A DNA stretch of 36,809 nt, from positions 1 to 36,809 of the forward strand of contig JABANN010000346.1 of NCBI GenBank assembly GCA_013115125.1, given 5' to 3'. Origin of the DNA: Perkinsus olseni. Its lineage: Eukaryota. Positions 34,591 through 36,809 of the stretch are shown here, piece by piece; position 1 is the first letter of the stretch, and the number at the start of each line of letters is the position of its first letter. The position numbers and the translations under genes were made by a program. Under the pieces are notes generated by a model. That model was not told the origin of the DNA, ran no database searches, and saw nothing but the letters and a program-made list of their open reading frames with translations.

Positions 34591-36735
34591 ATGTCCTTGA
34601 GCATCAGCAGCATCAGCCAGTTCATAGTCGGGGTGGCCGTCACACTACAGTTCGCTGACGTCATTACAGGGCATCTCAAGAAGAATACTCCGACCTCGGC
34701 AGCGGTAGAAACTACGGGGTATTATGGTCAACCTGAGTGACGATGATCTTCTCAGGAGTCGGAGAACCCGTGGTTGAATGCATTCCTGGCGGCCATAGTG
34801 GGAGGAGGATTCTTCTTGGTTGCGGAATGTCTCAGCCGCCTCAATGTATTGCCGGCCAGAGTTGGGGCTATGTTCCATGATAGAGCACTTAATGCTCATC
34901 AGAATTGGGAGAGGCATTTTAGAAGGTAAAAATGGAAGACCCGGGGATCGAACCAGGGACTCGTTGGCATCAGGTCTGTAGTGGAGGCAGGAGTAGCGGT
35001 GGCGTCTTCGTGGGCTGCGGCCAACCACCTATCGGCTGGCATCCCTCTTTCGGTTGCTATTGGCATCACTGCAGCTATTTGGTCCGTCGTTATCTGCCAT
35101 TCCTTGGACATCTTCGCGGGTGTAGAGGTCGACAGCAGACCAGCAGCAACAGCAGCAGCAGCAGCTGGGAAGGACAATGCTACGGATCGCGATGTAGGTA
35201 TCACCGCTGTCCGTGCGTTGGTCGTGGGATAGTTACTACCTATCCATAACCGTTGCTCACAGCCAGCGCTGCTACTATTGTTGATGATAGGCACGCGAGG
35301 ACAAGGAAACAGATCGAGAGGAGTTGAGCAGTGAGGTGGTGGAGAGTCAGCCAAAGTCGAGGAAGAGCAGGGACAGCAGCAGCAGTGCAGAGCTGCCGTT
35401 ATATACTTGGGAGGAGGTGGCTCGGCACGCGTCCAGAGAATCATGTTGGATTGTTGTGGACGGCTTCGTGTAAGCATGAGTGATGTCATGAGTCATCACG
35501 ACATGGGGGTCTGGACTGTCAGGTACGATCTCACCAACTGGCTGGACCGGCACCCTGGTGGTATTCTACCGATTTTGAATTGTGCTGGAGATGTTGACGC
35601 GACTGATGTCTTTATCGCCAACCATCCGCCTAAGGTGGTCAAGAGGATCCTCCCTGCCTTCAAGATCGGTAAGCCGGCGGCCGCGTTATCGAAGAGGGGG
35701 CGGCAGTAGCTCTACTGAGTATTGGGAGACTATCGATAATGGAGAACGAGTGAATTGATGGTCAATTCGTCAATCCGCTGTAGACTCCCTGTAGAATGAG
35801 TATTAAGGCAAATTCTGAATGGCGGAACGTGTGGCACTTTTTAATATTCGAACGCTGTTTTAGGAAGGCTTCAAGGCTACACGGTATCGCCGGTCACCGC
35901 TGAGTTCCGCAAGTTAGTATCCGACATGGAAGCCTCAGGATGGTTCAATACCGATCTTACCTACTACATGGGTCTTGGTGTATGGTATGCTCTACTACTA
36001 GGGGCATCGATATGCTCAGTGGTCGTCTTACAGTCAGCTGTAGGAAGGACTGGTGGACTTTCAAATGGCCTCATGCACGTCTAGTCGATACTCCTGTGAG
36101 AGCAGTATTACCTGTGGCATCAGTAGGGCTGTCGAGGGTGTTCCTGTCCGTCGAGTGGTATTGGACGCTCAGGCAAATCCTCTCTCCTGTATAGAATTGT
36201 CCCTCGCAGGGATGCTATTACCCTCATTCTTATCACATGGTGCGCAGAGTGTATCGCATCAGGTACTAGGAGGCTTCCTCATGGGGTTAGTCTGGCAGCA
36301 GGCAGCGTTCACTGGCCATGACCTCGGCCACAATGCTGTGTTCCACGAGAAGGCCCGAGACGACCGTTGGGCGGTCTTTCTAGGCAACTTTTTGGGAGGC
36401 ATCTCCATAGGCTGGTGGAAGGCAACGCATAACGTACGGCCTTCCAGTGTGGAGGGTTTGCAGCTCCCTCCCCCTACCCCTAGGTGCACCATGTGGTTAC
36501 CAACTCGATATCGTCTGACCCGGACATACAGCACATGCCGGTGCTGGCAGTCAGCGAGAAGATAGCTGTACCTCAGGATGAGCTCCACAAGACCAAAGGA
36601 TTTTGGAGTACGTACCACGAGAAGGTGAGCCGGAAATCTGAGGTTGAAGCCAGGCTGTTATGCTTGTAGTGGTATCTTTCAGTACTTTCCTCTGGACTCT
36701 GTGGCGAAGAAGGTTCTTCCTCGACAGCACTATCT
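34591..36735 (+). CDS. Cytochrome b5-fused front-end desaturase (sphingolipid delta-8 desaturase-like) with putative N-terminal membrane extension; 3' partial
   Basis: b5 domain YTWEEVARHASRESCWIVVDGFV|YDLTNWLDRHPGG...DATDVF. His box 1 GHDLGH and His box 2 WWKATHN|VHHVVTNS..SDPDIQHMPVLAVS. The third His box lies beyond the window. The b5 exon starts at 35291; linkage to ATG 34591 is inferred. Confidence 0.88.

Positions 36736-36736
<1 letters not shown>

Positions 36737-36809
<73 letters not shown>
36737..36809. repeat. (TAA)n microsatellite, about 24 copies, running off the window end
   Basis: Perfect TAA run from 36737 to the last base. Confidence 0.99.

Overview
Eukaryotic genomic DNA, not prokaryotic. 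It is gene-dense and GC-rich, with many 40-60 nt GT-AG introns, occasional GC-AG introns, 80-290 nt gaps between many neighbouring genes and long same-strand gene blocks. This most resembles an alveolate of the Perkinsus type (inference). The supplied ORFs are mostly exon fragments, so gene models were spliced by eye. About ten minus-strand genes occupy ~67-21300: kelch/coiled-coil protein, DIM1 rRNA dimethyladenosine transferase, GDA1/CD39 apyrase, coiled-coil protein, hypothetical, CDKL-type kinase, RING-H2+PHD protein, ankyrin protein with a degenerate RelA/SpoT-like domain, WD40 protein, hypothetical. Six plus-strand genes occupy 22070-end: V-ATPase c subunit, large sushi/CCP surface protein, importin-13/transportin-3-like protein, a PEX8-like candidate, a small probably GPI-anchored protein, and a cytochrome b5-fused desaturase cut off by a (TAA)n run. 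A 39-bp hairpin-forming tandem array, containing an assembly gap, sits at the divergent strand switch. The strongest leads are that array, the RelA/SpoT-like-ankyrin fusion, the PEX8 candidate, a spliced-leader-like relic abutting the WD40 start codon, and a sushi domain split by a ~360-aa low-complexity insert. Family resemblances come from recalled motifs; no searches were run.
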